Below are positions 14,015-27,115 of a stretch of DNA of 64,000 nucleotides, one piece after another. How positions within the stretch are numbered: the first letter of the stretch is position 1; each line of letters opens with the position of its first letter. The notes under the pieces were generated by a model. It was not told the origin of the DNA. It worked only from the letters and a program-made list of their open reading frames with translations, and searched no databases. The position numbers were made by a program, and so were the translations under genes. Source of the DNA: Fistulifera solaris (lineage: Eukaryota); the NCBI GenBank assembly GCA_030295235.1, contig AP026153.1, positions 62,001-126,000 of the forward strand, in the 5' to 3' direction.

Positions 14015-14557
14015 ATGCTGTACCCAACGACCAATCGAATAATACACAAAGGTTCTCCAATGAATATGAAGCACGCAGACCTGTCAAATACGCAATCAAT
14101 CCCAGAGACCAGAAACTTGTTTCAGCTGACCACTACATGCTCGATACGGCCATTATCCGGCTTCATGGAAAACAAATACGCTGATGACCTTGACGCCGAT
14201 TTTGTTCGAAACCACTATCCCGTGGCCTGCGGAATGTTCAACCCCTACCGTACAGATCTCCCTGAGCACCTCCGCCAATACGGTTTTCCCATTGGTACCT
14301 GCTTAGCTGCATCAGAATTTGCACCAACCGAAGATGATCCACTTGACGAACAAGATCGCATAGACTATCCACCTCACCATCAAGAACATCACCAACAAGT
14401 TCACCAACATGATTTTCAAGATAATCATCAAGAACATCGTCAACAAAATCATCAAGACACTAATCAAGAAGGACGTCAAGAACGTCGTCAACAAGGTCGC
14501 CAAGAAAATCGTCAAGAAGGTCGTCAACAACGCCGTCAACAACGCCGTCAAGAATAA
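14015..14557 (+). CDS. Possible accessory ORF of the Helitron-like element, with a His/Gln/Arg low-complexity tail
   Basis: 180-aa ORF ending in (H/R)Q(E/Q)x tetrapeptides encoded by a 12-nt tandem repeat at ~14375-14553. Confidence 0.35.
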   Translation: MLYPTTNRIIHKGSPMNMKHADLSNTQSIPETRNLFQLTTTCSIRPLSGFMENKYADDLDADFVRNHYPVACGMFNPYRTDLPEHLRQYGFPIGTCLAASEFAPTEDDPLDEQDRIDYPPHHQEHHQQVHQHDFQDNHQEHRQQNHQDTNQEGRQERRQQGRQENRQEGRQQRRQQRRQE

Positions 14558-15242
14558 AACCCAAAACAACCAATATCTTCATCTTCCAGCGTACAAAATC
14601 AAAAGACTACATTAACTCCATTTAAGACACATTGAGACTTTCCATAAAATTTCTCCCAATTCGCTACATTATTTTTTAAAAAAAATTCCCATTTCACAAC
14701 AACAAATTCTACACTTCACTATACAATATGATGTAGCAGCGAACGAGTACCGCAACGACCCAAGAAATCAATTCACTATACATTACCTGGTACCTGCTAG
14801 AGACTCTAGAGCCCTATACCAATCAAATGCGAAACCACGTAATGAACCAGGAAACGTAGACTTCTACGTAGCCCCTTATTTATACGGTCACCATAACCAA
14901 GACTCCCTTGACCATAACCTTACGACAACGCACGAATTGGATGAACCAACATAGCTTATGCATCCGTGACCGAATAGAAGGGATAATATCAAGGTGGAGT
15001 CGGTGTAACCCTAAGGCATAAATGCACGGTGACGTAGCGCTACCGATCCATCCCTGTCCCTAACACATCTGGATTGATTCAACATCACATCACTTTTCCG
15101 CCTCACAAAAAGGCGCAGCCTACAATCAAACAACAACCATGGACGCAAACAAAATTTGTTGCGACGAGAGTCTCTATTATCATCATTGTTTGTCTTCCTG
15201 TTATATTCATTACCTTTATTTTGAAGAAAGCTTTGCCCGAAC

Positions 15243-18200
15243 ATGAGTCAACAACACGAAAATGTTGTCGAGGAATTCAAGTTTGTATGGAATCGATTGC
15301 GAGCGAATTTATCGACCGAGGATTCGAAAAAAGTCCTGACAATGACACCGCAACGCAAATCACGATGGTTTGGACGTCAACAGGAGACGACTCCTCCTCC
15401 GACGGCACTGTATGTCACCTTGACACAAATGGAAACAATAGTCGAAGATTTACGACGATTGGCCGAGTTGGTGGTGATGGGTGAAAACGCCGTGACCGCC
15501 GGAGAAAAACAAAAGCCAGTTGAGAAGAATCAAGATATTCCAAAGGACGAGGAAGAAGAGTTAGACTTGACGACGATGTTACAATATCATGCACAATTGT
15601 TCGATTTATTCATTGAAGAACACGTCTTGTCGTACATGGTGGATCTGGTGCTCGGTACTCTCTTTTCTTCTTCCGCTACTGCCAAATTACTACCGCCATT
15701 GCCCGTCGCCACACAAGCCATTCAATCCATTTCCATTCTCATACAAAATGTTTCACAAGTGACCAGTTTGTATTTATTATTATCGAGCGATACGATCAAT
15801 CGGTTGAGTCAAGAGTTGCCCCTCGACGATTATCTTGCCGCCGAGCGGTATCTGCAATTGCAACACCTCGACAGCAGTTTGACTTTTGCTTCACCGGCCT
15901 TGACAGATTTTGCGACGCATTTTGTCACTTTACTGAAGTCACTAGCAATGCGAGTGACACCAGAGACGTTGCAATTCTTTGTACAGTATCCAGCGGAAGA
16001 TCGTCCCGCCTTGCAGTTTCCACTCTACGATCGGGCTCTGGAATTTTGTGCCGCGCATCATGATTCGTTTGTGCGGACAACGGCCCTCAACATTTGTTTG
16101 AATGTCTTGCGTCTGACGACCGTCGACGAACCGGCGCACGAGACGAGTGATCCACCGGCCCTGCCGGTGGGGGTGTTACATACCTCGTATTTGCCCTTCT
16201 CGGATCGTTTGTTGATTGCGCAATATGCCTGTCTGCCGCGACGTGTCGAACCACTGATTGCGCCGATATTTACAAAATTGGCGGAACGGTGGAATGCTTT
16301 GGAGGAACATTTGCGGGAGATACCCCCCGAGTCAAGTGACAGCCATGCCAAAGCGTCCCTGGTGAAACATCAAGTGAAGGTCGATCGGTGGTTGTCGCAG
16401 TGGCGCAATCAAGCGGATCAGTTGCACGATGAATTGCTCTTTCTGCAAGATGTCTTTCAAGTGGGCTTGACGTCTTTGAACGAGCAGTTGATTGAAATGA
16501 TGCTGGCGACTTTTGTGTATCCGTTGCAGCTTCAACCGCTACTCTTGTATTGCAAGTGCGTCGAATCCCCCGACAATACGAATGAATGTGACATACCTTC
16601 CGCACTGTGGGCACCCGCACAAGCGGCCTTGTTTACGATAGCGGCGTGTTTTCATTTCTTGGAACACCCGGCGTTATTGAAATTGTTGTGGGTCGCATTT
16701 TTCCATCCATTAAGTCCGGATTCGACGAGTGTGCCGACGATTCGTGCTCAATTGCAAGTGGAGTCCGTCAATGAAGCAGGAAGGCCCTGTTTGCGAATGG
16801 ATTCGCCTCTCACGGTAAACCTGAATAGCCGAGAAACGTATCCGTTTGGAAGTCGCTTCACGAATGCGGAATTACCGGATGTTTTCCGCCGAGGAGGCGT
16901 GCGTCTTTGTGTTGGCGCCCGCCTTGCAACAAGTGTTGGCATTCCGAGGGGATGATTTGGCCTTGCTCGCTAAAACGAAACCGAATCCTTATCGTCAGGC
17001 TTGGCTGACTTGCTTGCAGCCTAGCACATCGCAATTTAGCATGACGCTGAGGCACTTGGCCATTGGCACTTTGAATGCTGCTGTGCAAGCCTTACCAGTG
17101 AGCTTAGTATCTTCTATTCTTCTGGGAACTGATCTTCAACAATTTCATGACGATATGCCGATCGATGAAAGAGATCTAGATTCAACTGCAGCACATATCG
17201 ACGACCGGGGTCTGGGTAGCAGCAATGTTTACCAATCCAGACATGCATTGACCAAAACGAGAGGAGTGGGTACGGATCATATGGGTGTCGTCGTGTCGCG
17301 ACTGGCGACGAGTGTTGTCTATCAGTCACCAGGACAACAGCAAATTTATGATGCAACCGCAGCTCACGCACTGATATACCTTGTCTATACAAACCCGCAA
17401 GCGTTAAAACTAGCTGCACAGAGCATTGATTCTGTGTGGCGGCATGCGGCGCACGCGTCGTGCCGATCCGCTGCGTTGCTGAGAGATTGCCCTACTCTTC
17501 GTGGAGCTCCGAGTATACAAGACCCGAGATATGATGATAAATTGGCGACGGCTCTCATGGACATGGTGGTGTACGGAACTGGCGACTTTCCCCAATTTCA
17601 GCCGGGTTTGGCTGATTTTCTGATGCAATCTACTAGTGAACCGTATCCATCGTGTACTCTCGCCGTTTGGTCGTGCGGCACTTTTCCGGACCTAATTGAG
17701 CAAATCGGGAAACAGTTTAGAAAGGCAGCTTTCAAGAATGATGAACAGAAGCTACTGGAGGAAAAACGTACAAATCTGCTCTACATTTGGCAACTAGATG
17801 CTTTTGCCTCCTTGTTGAGAGATTTGTCAGCCACACAGGGCGTTGCCTTGCGTTCCGTTTCACAGTTGACAAGTCTTGTGCGCTTGGACGATGGGACATT
17901 TGCAAACAAGGATTTTAGTTCGATTCAACGCAAGCGCCAGGCGTTCGCTACTTTGTCTCCCAAAGCCTTAGACACTCTATTTTGTGAAGATGCAGTGACT
18001 GTCCTACCGGAAATCGGTTCCACTATAGACATTGTTGGCGCTTTGGCTGTTCCGTGCGTTTGTGAAGCGCCACCCAAGTCGGCGTTGCCTATTGCGGAAG
18101 GCGTTTCCTGGCTGTCGCTTTACCTTGTACCTCAAGACAGTAGTTTGCTTTTCGTACAACAGGATATGAAACTGCTGATGGCATGTCCTTTAGAACGAGT

Positions 18201-18495
18201 TTGGATTGTTGGAGATCCAGAAAAGCCCGCAGATGATTCTTCAGCTCGCAAACTGCTACTTCAATACACTTGGATCGATACCAGTCCTCCGCCGCTTTTC
18301 TTATTCGATAATGCCGTACCCAAACCGGAAATCGTGGAGCAATACTTTTCTAAAATGCAACTGAATACCAGCACGTGTATTGTGTGGTTCGAAAATCAGA
18401 CCATAGCAGACAGCGCTATGTCTCTGTTGATTCGAGCAATTTTTATGGCACGGTCGACGCGAGGGGAACGCATACAGCGATTCTTCTCGCCCTAA
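15243..18495 (+). CDS. CLEC16A/TT9/gop-1 family (FPL domain) autophagy/endosomal protein; frameshift near 16885
   Basis: VEDLRRLAELVVMGE, LFDLFIEE, QAIQSISILIQNV..SLYLLLS, FVTLLKSLAMR, FPLYDRALEF..DSFVRT. Confidence 0.8.
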
Positions 18496-18566
18496 GACTG
18501 GAGCCTATGAGAACTTCTTCGTATATTTGCAATTCTGATTTCTAGCTAAAACTACATACATGCGGG

Positions 18567-21500
18567 CTAAAATCCATTCGCCATGTAAATTCCGTTTTTT
18601 TCAAGGTGAAGCACTCCGTCAGCCTCAAAGGCGTGCATCATTTCTTGCTTGGCGATTGTGTCGACTTCTTCTGGGAGGAAGCCTGAGCGGCCTTTAGTTT
18701 TCGAATGAAACATATCTTCTTGCTTCAATAAACGATGAAATCCTCCACCGCTTGCTGAGTGCCGATTGGGAAGAAAGTAATCCAAATCAGAGTCTGACGA
18801 TACCCCCATCCACTCGGCAATGCCATTCCAGATTGAATCCCAGCTCAGAGTTGGGATTAATCTACCTCGGCCGACGTTTAAGGGACTGTCTGCGGTAAGA
18901 TCGTTAGGGAATTGACCGAGAATCTGTCCGCCCTGTATATCTCCTCCCATCATTAAATATTGTCCACCCCAGCCGTGATCTGATCCTTTGCCGTTGTTCG
19001 AAGTTACTGTCCTTCCGAAGTCTGAACAAATGATTATCGCAACGTCATCCCATATTCCTTGGTGTTTTAATTCTGTCACTAACAACGACAAACCTTTGTT
19101 CAAATCTCGGAACATCGGTAGGATCTGTCGTTTCATATCCATATGATGATCCCATCCGGCCCATGTGGTCACAAAAAATTCACGGCGTTTCAAACGTTGT
19201 GCATGGGTAGAGAGAAGCTTGGCAATCATTGAGAATTTCTGACCATAATCCGGAAGGAATGACGGCCAGTGCTTTCCCAACTTTGCTTGGTCCAAGTGGG
19301 ACTTGAGGTCTTCGGCCTCTTCTATGCTCTTCAAAAACTGTTGAGACCAAGTCTGGCCGAATAAGGAAATTTCGTACGAATCAGAGATGGCATTGAATTC
19401 CGCTGCGTAGGGTCTCACGTCAAAAAGTTCAGAAGCCGGTTTGCGGCCAAATGTCGTGACCCCATTTCGACTTACTATCATAGGAGCAGGCTTTTCACCA
19501 ATGTTCGGCTCAACTGCTACAACAGACTCGTCGATTGAAATGGAGCTCGACGACAGCCCTGAACGCTCGAGGATCGCGGCTAGACGTCCCAGTAGCCCGG
19601 TCCCCGGTATGACTTTCTTTGGATCCATGGACTGCGTCTCTTTGATCATTCCATTATGAGCGAATAATTGCATAGTCGTTCGTTCTTCAAAGTTCTTACG
19701 AGTCATGTTGACATTTTCTATCATGCCAGCATTTGCGAAAAACACCAAGTCGCCTTCATCGTACAGCTCTTTCAACAAGCTCAGCTCTGGATGCAAAGCG
19801 AATTTGCTGCAAGGTTGCTGTTCCGCGTCAATGATAAGTGTCCTTTCTTCGTCCGTCAAGGCTAAGTCGCCGCGCTCATCGATGTACTGCTTATCAACCG
19901 AAACGCCAGCACTATTGGTTCCACTGCACGCATGAGGGACCAGCATGTTATACGAATCAAACCCACCATCCAGGAAAAGATAAACGACCGCTTTGTAGTC
20001 GCCAATCCCTCTGGTTACTTTCGATTTTGCGGCGGGAAGCTTGGAATTTATACTCTGTGAGATCGCATTTGCGTGAAACTCCGAGGTGGCCACTATAATT
20101 TGCTGAAGGTTCAACAAAGCGGAGTCCGCTGATTTTCGGGTCAATAACGTATCATATATTTCGATCAATCGAGCGCGCTTTTCTGCTAGAACACGACCTG
20201 CAGTAAGTAGTAGGGCGAGCTCATCAACAACATCTTCGGATTTGGAATGGGAGGAGGGCGAATAAGTTAAGCGTCCTCGTGCCAAAGTCGTGTTCCCCAC
20301 ACGACGCAGATCTTCGTCTTTCGATCGTCCATAACCGAACCCTCCAAAAGCAGAATCAAATCCATATTTGACAAGACTTTGAAGGCCATTAGAAAGCGAG
20401 ATGGATTTCGGACCTGTTAGAACGAGACATTCAGGACAGACGAGCGATGCTTCTCCAGCTGGACCTATCGTGGTTTTACGATGAGACGATTTGAACTGAT
20501 TTAAAAACTAGACGCAATAAACAACTTACCAGAAGGAATGTGCTCGGGCAAAAGAAGGAAAAGACATTGGGCAACTTGTGACACTGTTGTCCAATGGAAT
20601 CTTGCATATCCACTCCCAATCGAATGTATGGATCATCGAAATCGGCTTCAAACTCAAGAGACCTCAGTAGACGAACATACTTCAGAAACGGCTCAAGAAG
20701 TGATCCATGTGCAGGGTCATTATCAAGTACAAGCGACCGGCTCTCCCTGTCAAGTAGAATTGCAGCAGTCATTGCCATCAAATCACCATACAAACCGGCA
20801 CCAAAGGCAATCAATCTTCCAGATTCATCGAGCGTTTTATAAACACCTGTTCGAAATGCTTTGCCCACTTCCAATATCAAGCGAGGAGAAGGATTTGAAA
20901 TACCGAATCTTTGGATAAATTTATGCGCCAGGAAAGGCGCTGTGTTTGGGTGATACTGGATACGCACAGTAAATCAATCATGGGAACGTTTGAGGTTTAA
21001 TCAAAGACAACAGTGCAAGAAGGAAAACAAAAAACTTACAAAGTAATGGTCAATCCCTTCATCCATTTCGTCTGCCCCATCGCGTACTTCTGGATAAGCT
21101 ATGGACATAAAGTGAGGGGGATTTCGGAAAGAAACGACGATGGCTTCTCTCCCCACAATGACTTCAGACCGAATATTCTTTCGAAAACAGATTCTCCCAT
21201 TGTCATCAACTACTTCGAAAATTGTTGACTCGTCCAGCTTTTCCGTCTTGGAAAACATTGTGACACCGTTTCCCAAGTCGTATTTCGAGAGATCATTTCG
21301 ACCGTAAGGAGAAAAAGCGCCAATTTTCAGTTCTTCAAGGATTTGATTTCGCGTTGGAGCAATTGAAAAGGCGCGATAGTCCATTACTGTGACGGGACAC
21401 AGACATAGGTTGTCCGACGAATCCCGCTCGCACCCCATGTTGTCGCACCAGTCATCGTAGAACTCCAATACATTCTCGATAGGACCCGACCATTCTACAC

Positions 21501-24500
21501 GAAAGAATGTTTTGCTGTCTTCTCGTACAGGACTGTCGAATAGATTATCAGCGATATCGTCAGCGCGATGGACAAGAGCTACTCTGCCGCTAGCATCAAA
21601 TTTCACCATAGTGCTACATGAGGCGCTTGTCCAATAGTCCAGACGCTGATTGCAGCCATTGCAGACCCAGCTGGGATCCTGACAAAGAAAATGCCGCTCA
21701 GTTGCACAACGGTTTTTCGCCGTCTCTCTTGACACCATTTCTCCACTAAATTCTTCAAATCTAAGATCGGCTTTGCCATCCTCTGAACTACAGCACGCAG
21801 TGCCACCAATCGGCAGCCGAGGATCCCCGCAGAAAAAACGCGCATTTCTCGTTTTCATTAAACTGCCGTCATTGTAAAAGGCCTGGTGTACACAAGGTGG
21901 ACGGGTGTACTCGTAGTACATGCCGGGCCCAACTTCAATTACACGAGGAAGTTCAATGCTGCATTCCTGGCCATCACATATCAAGTCCTCTTCCAAGACC
22001 ACGAGCGTTGAGTACTCGCAGGACTTCCCATCTAGACTATTGCAAAGCTTTGAAAACAAAGGTGACGACCGCGAAAGTACTAGCCTGTTTATGGAATGGT
22101 CTCTGTGCCACTTTGGCGGCTCCTCTAAAAGTCGCGGCTCCGGGTAATTTCCCAGAAATCGATAGGTGGCTCCTTTGTGCAGAAAGTGCTTCTCTGGAAG
22201 GTCTGCGCACAGCGGGACATGGTCACCTACATACGTTTGGTTCAATCCCATCTGTTGATAACGTGACGGTTAGCTCAGACGAAATTCCATTGAAATGCAA
22301 GGACGGCGCGCCACACTTACCTTCGGGAACGCATCCTTCATTCTAGCCTTTATTCTCATCGGATCGATTTGATTCTTATCGTCGTTATCTTCGATATTCC
22401 CTCGTTTTTCCTGGCGACTCAGTCCTGTCCATAAACGCGCCAGTTCGGAGACATCCTCGTTGCTATAAGTCTTGATTGGATTTCCAGCGGCATCCAGTAC
22501 AAGAGAGCCATCAGGATGCAAGTGCTCCAATCCTAAACAAAACAATTGCATTATCTCTCGAGAAAAGTTCTCATTTGCATATTCTACGCGACGGAGTCTT
22601 CTCCACGAAAATGCCGTGGAATGGCCGTTATGGTATGAAAGCATTTCCGCCATTACAGGACTGAAGGAAACTTCCTTCAAAATATTTCTATAGTTTCCGA
22701 ATGCATGGCGCACGAATATGTCATAATAGTGCTACGAAATGGAAGGACAAAAGGTTGTCAGAGGAGGATCATATAGACACCTTGAGCATTCATCAAGACA
22801 GCCGACAATATTTAGTCAGTCAGGAGGGCAACTTACCACAAAAACTTCGGTCTCGAACCAGATCTCTATAGCCGAAGGAGATACAACCAAAATTTGAGAA
22901 AGAATCCAGGCCACTTTTTGGCGCAACTGGTCCTGTGCATTGAGCGCAATGTCTAACCATATGCTAGTCCTCTGCTGCTCAAGATCAAGGGTGGATGTGG
23001 TACGATTTCCTGGTGTTACCGCGTCAAATGCTCCGCGAAACAAAGCGCCTTGTTTGTCATTGGAAATTTCATTCGGACTACCGCAGATCAACGCCGAACC
23101 AACGTTGTCAGCACCATCGTCGCCAAATAGATCTTCAAATGCATCTTGCAACTCGATGGATTCGTGAACGGCAATGGTATCTCCCAATCTACCTAGTTCG
23201 ATGACACCCCTTTCGATGCTTTCGTACCAAAGCGACATTTTATGAGTTTCAGGAAAGGACAAGGTAAAGTTTCCATCCACCGCAAATTGCCGAATTACAG
23301 CATCACCACCTGCATGACGTCCCACATATTCAGTGAAATCGTACACCTGATAATTTGACCGGTGCGTCTGCTTCCAGCACGCTCCATTTTCCGTGCGAAT
23401 GTACAAAAGATCTGAAGCGTCCTGCTCACATTGAAAAGTCATCACGGGGACAACAATATCCCGAAGAAAGGGATGTGAATCCGTGGAAGACTCTAATAAC
23501 TGCCGTAAATAAGCTTTGGTCTTGCTTTCTTTCGCATTAGTTTCGTCACACTCAAATGAATCGGCGAGGACCCATCGAGAATGAGCACCTGGTGAACAGG
23601 ACGCCTTCTCAGAATCTTCGAGTCGCAACCCTGTCATGGAAAACAACAACCGTTCCTTTCCACTGGCGCGATAGACTTTACCGAATATAGATGCATCCAA
23701 ACGAATGCGCTTGCTCGTGGGACGTTCCGCCGCACAATCGGTACCGCTCGTAGACAAGCGACAATTCGCTTCATTCAGAAAATTCGGCAGTGCCGCAACA
23801 CAGAGTGCCCGGTATTGCAGATCGGTCGCATTTTTCGTCATTTGCACAAGATGACTGCCACCGTCTTCCAATGGATGTTCCACCGTATTCTCTTGCAAAA
23901 GAAATCGTCCGTCATGAATGTAGTATTCTCCCTTATACATGCCCACCACAGTTCGCAACGAGTATAAGTCCACTTGTGATAATTGAATGCAAGCATCGGT
24001 ATGTGTAATATTTTGAACGAGCATGAGTTCCTGTGGAGTATGCGTGATACCGATTGTCGTATTCCACCGCCACACCACCGTCCAACGAAACGACGGGTAA
24101 ATCGGTTTGCATTTGCGCATCAAAATAGACAGGAGGGACACCACGAGCTTCACCATTGACATAGACGTGGAGACAGCGGCGTTCAAACACTATTCGAAAA
24201 TCGGAACCAATGCCATTTGTAATGTGTCGACACAATTGATATCTGAGGAACGAAAAACGCCACATTGTGAGAGCGTTTAGAAAAACACGATGGATCTCCA
24301 CTAGCTGACTTACGATCCATCGGGAATGGGAACATGCTCTTCCGTATCAGGATAAAAGACGGTAAAGTCGGTCACGTTCGGAATCAACGTTCGCTTTTGA
24401 CCATGAATTCGTATTAACTTTTGATTGTCCCCCACACTCGAAATTTCCAAAACAGCTTGCCGATCGGCATCCGTCCAAGCGTATTTCCGATATCGCGTGG

Positions 24501-25205
24501 GTTCTTGACACGGATGAGTCGGTATACCTTGTGTCGTGGAATGCAATAACCGATGATTCCAATGTTTTCGAAAATGCGCACGATGCGATGTGGCCGGTTC
24601 GTGGAATTGCTGTTGCAACCACGTGACCGGATGCGTAAAGTCCCATAAATCGGATCGTGTGACACCGAACGTAGCTTGTTCCAAGAATCGTGCCGCCATG
24701 CGATCGGGATCAATGCCTTTGAGAGCATGTGTCATGAGTGCGTAATGATAGTTGCCGTACTTTTGGGATAATCTGGGTGGTAATGATACGAGGCATGTAT
24801 TGTTGTTGTCGAAACACTCGATGGAAATCCGCAATCGCGACGATTGTTGTTCGACCGTCCCGTACCATTCCCAATCATGACCATCGTAACTGCGGACCAA
24901 TGGCAGTTTGCGTCCTTCGGCAATCAACCACAAGGCACACCAGGTCTGTTGTTGGGTGGTTTTGGACAACAGAAAAGATCACCCGCGTCACGGGTGGCAT
25001 TGAACAATTGAATGGAACGCGACGACGGACATTCGATCGGATCCTCGGATCGACACCAGGAATTTGTGAACAGGAAAACAAAGAATAGGAACAAAGAGCG
25101 AGTACATCGGCTGTGAAAGAAGTGAGCGTTTTGAGTACGTCGAAGTAAGCCAGAGTATTAGAAAAGGAACGACAACATTATTTACCTTTTGTTGTTGTGC
25201 GTCAT
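18567..25205 (-). CDS. DUF1800-DUF1501 fusion protein, copy B, predicted secreted
   Basis: ATG at 25205 and intron 25111-25185, then a hydrophobic signal SLFLFFVFLFTNSWC. DUF1800 motifs AARFLEQATFG and DQLRQKVAWILSQI; C-terminal DUF1501 motifs LDGGFDSYNMLVP, AGWDHH, SDFGRT, GSDHGWGG. Further introns at 24243-24313, 22732-22836, 22252-22320, 20956-21039 and 20465-20529. Confidence 0.85.
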
Positions 25206-26010
25206 AATGACTCTTTCATAGAATCAACGAAATAATGAATAATCAATACGGAGTAGAAAAGAAGCGACGGCGCAAGAGAAGGGAAAGCAACCGCAGAAAA
25301 TTGTTTGAACACCCTTCTACTTTGACAGTGATTATCTGGTGGAATTGGTTTGTTTTCTGGAATGATTACACGACGAGGCGTCGGGGTCGGGAGTATCGCC
25401 GACAGGTCTTTATGATTATTTCGAACTCGTCGTCGTCCGTGCTCGTTTTCTCCCTTCCGTCAATCAGGTCTTTCCTGTGAAACTATTATTTTACTTTGAT
25501 TCGCTGATGTAACACAGGATAGAGAAAGACATTATTGTTCCTCTTTCTCGCGTGTGCCGATGTCCGTGTCCGCAATTTTGTCGAAGCTTCGAAAAGGCCA
25601 CCAAAAATTTGAATCAGCGCAACGGTACTTGATACATAGAGCGCATTTACTATGAGTTTCAGTGTTGTCCGTATTTGACCACGATTGAATTTCAGTCTCG
25701 AGATCACGTCGTACGTCGTCGTTCTCGCTCTGTTTAGACTTCAAGTCCGTTGAAATCGAGTGACACTGTGCTCATAAGAGCTAGTTGACGTTTTTTACAA
25801 CGTGTAATGGCTACAACGGAACTATTTGAATGCACAATATCAACGACGATACAACATACAACCACACGGATTAACAACAACATCATCATTCCTTCTTCAT
25901 CCCTTAACTTCATCTTTCCCCGAAAGATCAATTCAAATAATTTAAAGTCAGTACAGCAGTCCAGAGAATAGACTGATAACAAACAAGCGAACAAAGAATT
26001 ACCTCGCAAC

Positions 26011-27115
26011 ATGACGAAAGATGCAACAATCCTTTCACCCCTTTCTTTGTATTTCATTCTGGCGAGTGTTTATAGTGCCTACTTGTATCATGGCCTGGAG
26101 TTTCTTTCGTACGAATACTGGTTGCCGTTACCTGCAGTGGGTTATTTGCGATGGGATCTGGCGGTCCTGGGTGCATTGTTGCAAATCGGATTGTGGCATC
26201 GTCTTTGTTTAGTGGTGATGCATAGACCAAAGATCATCTCTCTTTTGATTCTTTTTCTATTGATCATATGCTACTACGTCTTACCAAAACCACCGTACTT
26301 TTATACACGATCACCTGTCTTATTTCATTACACGGATCATCATTTGGAACCATTTCATCAGAACATTACCATTCACCCTACGGGATGGACGCGACAACAA
26401 AGTCACGCCGTGGCGGGAAACGGTGTACAGGGCACGTCGCAACTGGACGCACGTCTCCACAGCGTACGGTTTCGCGCATCATTATTATGGAACGTGTCTT
26501 CAATACGATGAACGACACGACGATGATCGTTTGCCCTTCTATTCCTTCCGACATGGTTTCGGACATTATTCCGAAAAACGAGCGGCGCGGGAAAGCCTTT
26601 ATCGTCATCATTTACCAGAACACGTGGCACAAGTGCAACAGAATTTGAAAGGCGAAATCTTGCCGTTGGTGCGACCTTTGTATGCGCAAGTGGTCCAGGC
26701 CGCTTCGGAACAAGACATTGTGTGGGGCGATGTGGCAGGTTTGGGAGTACCGACAGTGCAAATTCGTATGCCCCATATTCCCATCAATCTTCATCCGCAA
26801 ACCAACACGATCTATCAACGGCGGTTTTATGAACTTGTGTCCAATGAGACTGCGTGTCATACGACGGCCACGGTGCAAACGATCGTGATACCCTTACTAC
26901 TTCCGCATCGTGCCGGTCTACGACACTGGACGCGCGAGGAGGAACATTATTATGCCCAAGATATCTACTTTCAATACGGTAAAGTGTATCAATATCCTGC
27001 TTCAACGGTGCATGCCGTCTTGTCCTCGTCGCGGTTTCACGAAAGAGGCATTTACATGGTACTGGAAGCCATGGCCATACCGTGTGAGGACGGAAGATGG
27101 ATTTTCTTTCATTGA
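26011..27115 (+). CDS. Hypothetical membrane-anchored protein, possible cupin/2OG-oxygenase-like C-terminus (frameshift near 26417)
   Basis: Three hydrophobic N-terminal segments, with two overlapping ORFs joined by one indel. The fold guess from VIPLLLP..GL..W...YGK..HAV is weak. Confidence 0.5.

Larger units (their letters stand above)
6181..14950 (+). mobile_element. Helitron-like rolling-circle transposon (boundaries approximate)
   Basis: AT-rich block containing a fragmented Rep-HUH plus Pif1 helicase gene. Canonical 5' TC and 3' hairpin-CTRR termini were not identified by eye. Confidence 0.7.

Noticed and set aside
6264..14728. Weak inverted similarity between ~6264-6295 and ~14697-14728 as Helentron subterminal repeats
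   Set aside because: It needs several gaps in AT-rich sequence and is not convincing without other copies.
15006..15014. TAACCCTAA as a telomeric repeat (also GGGTTAGG at 6473)
   Set aside because: Under two units each; compatible with chance.
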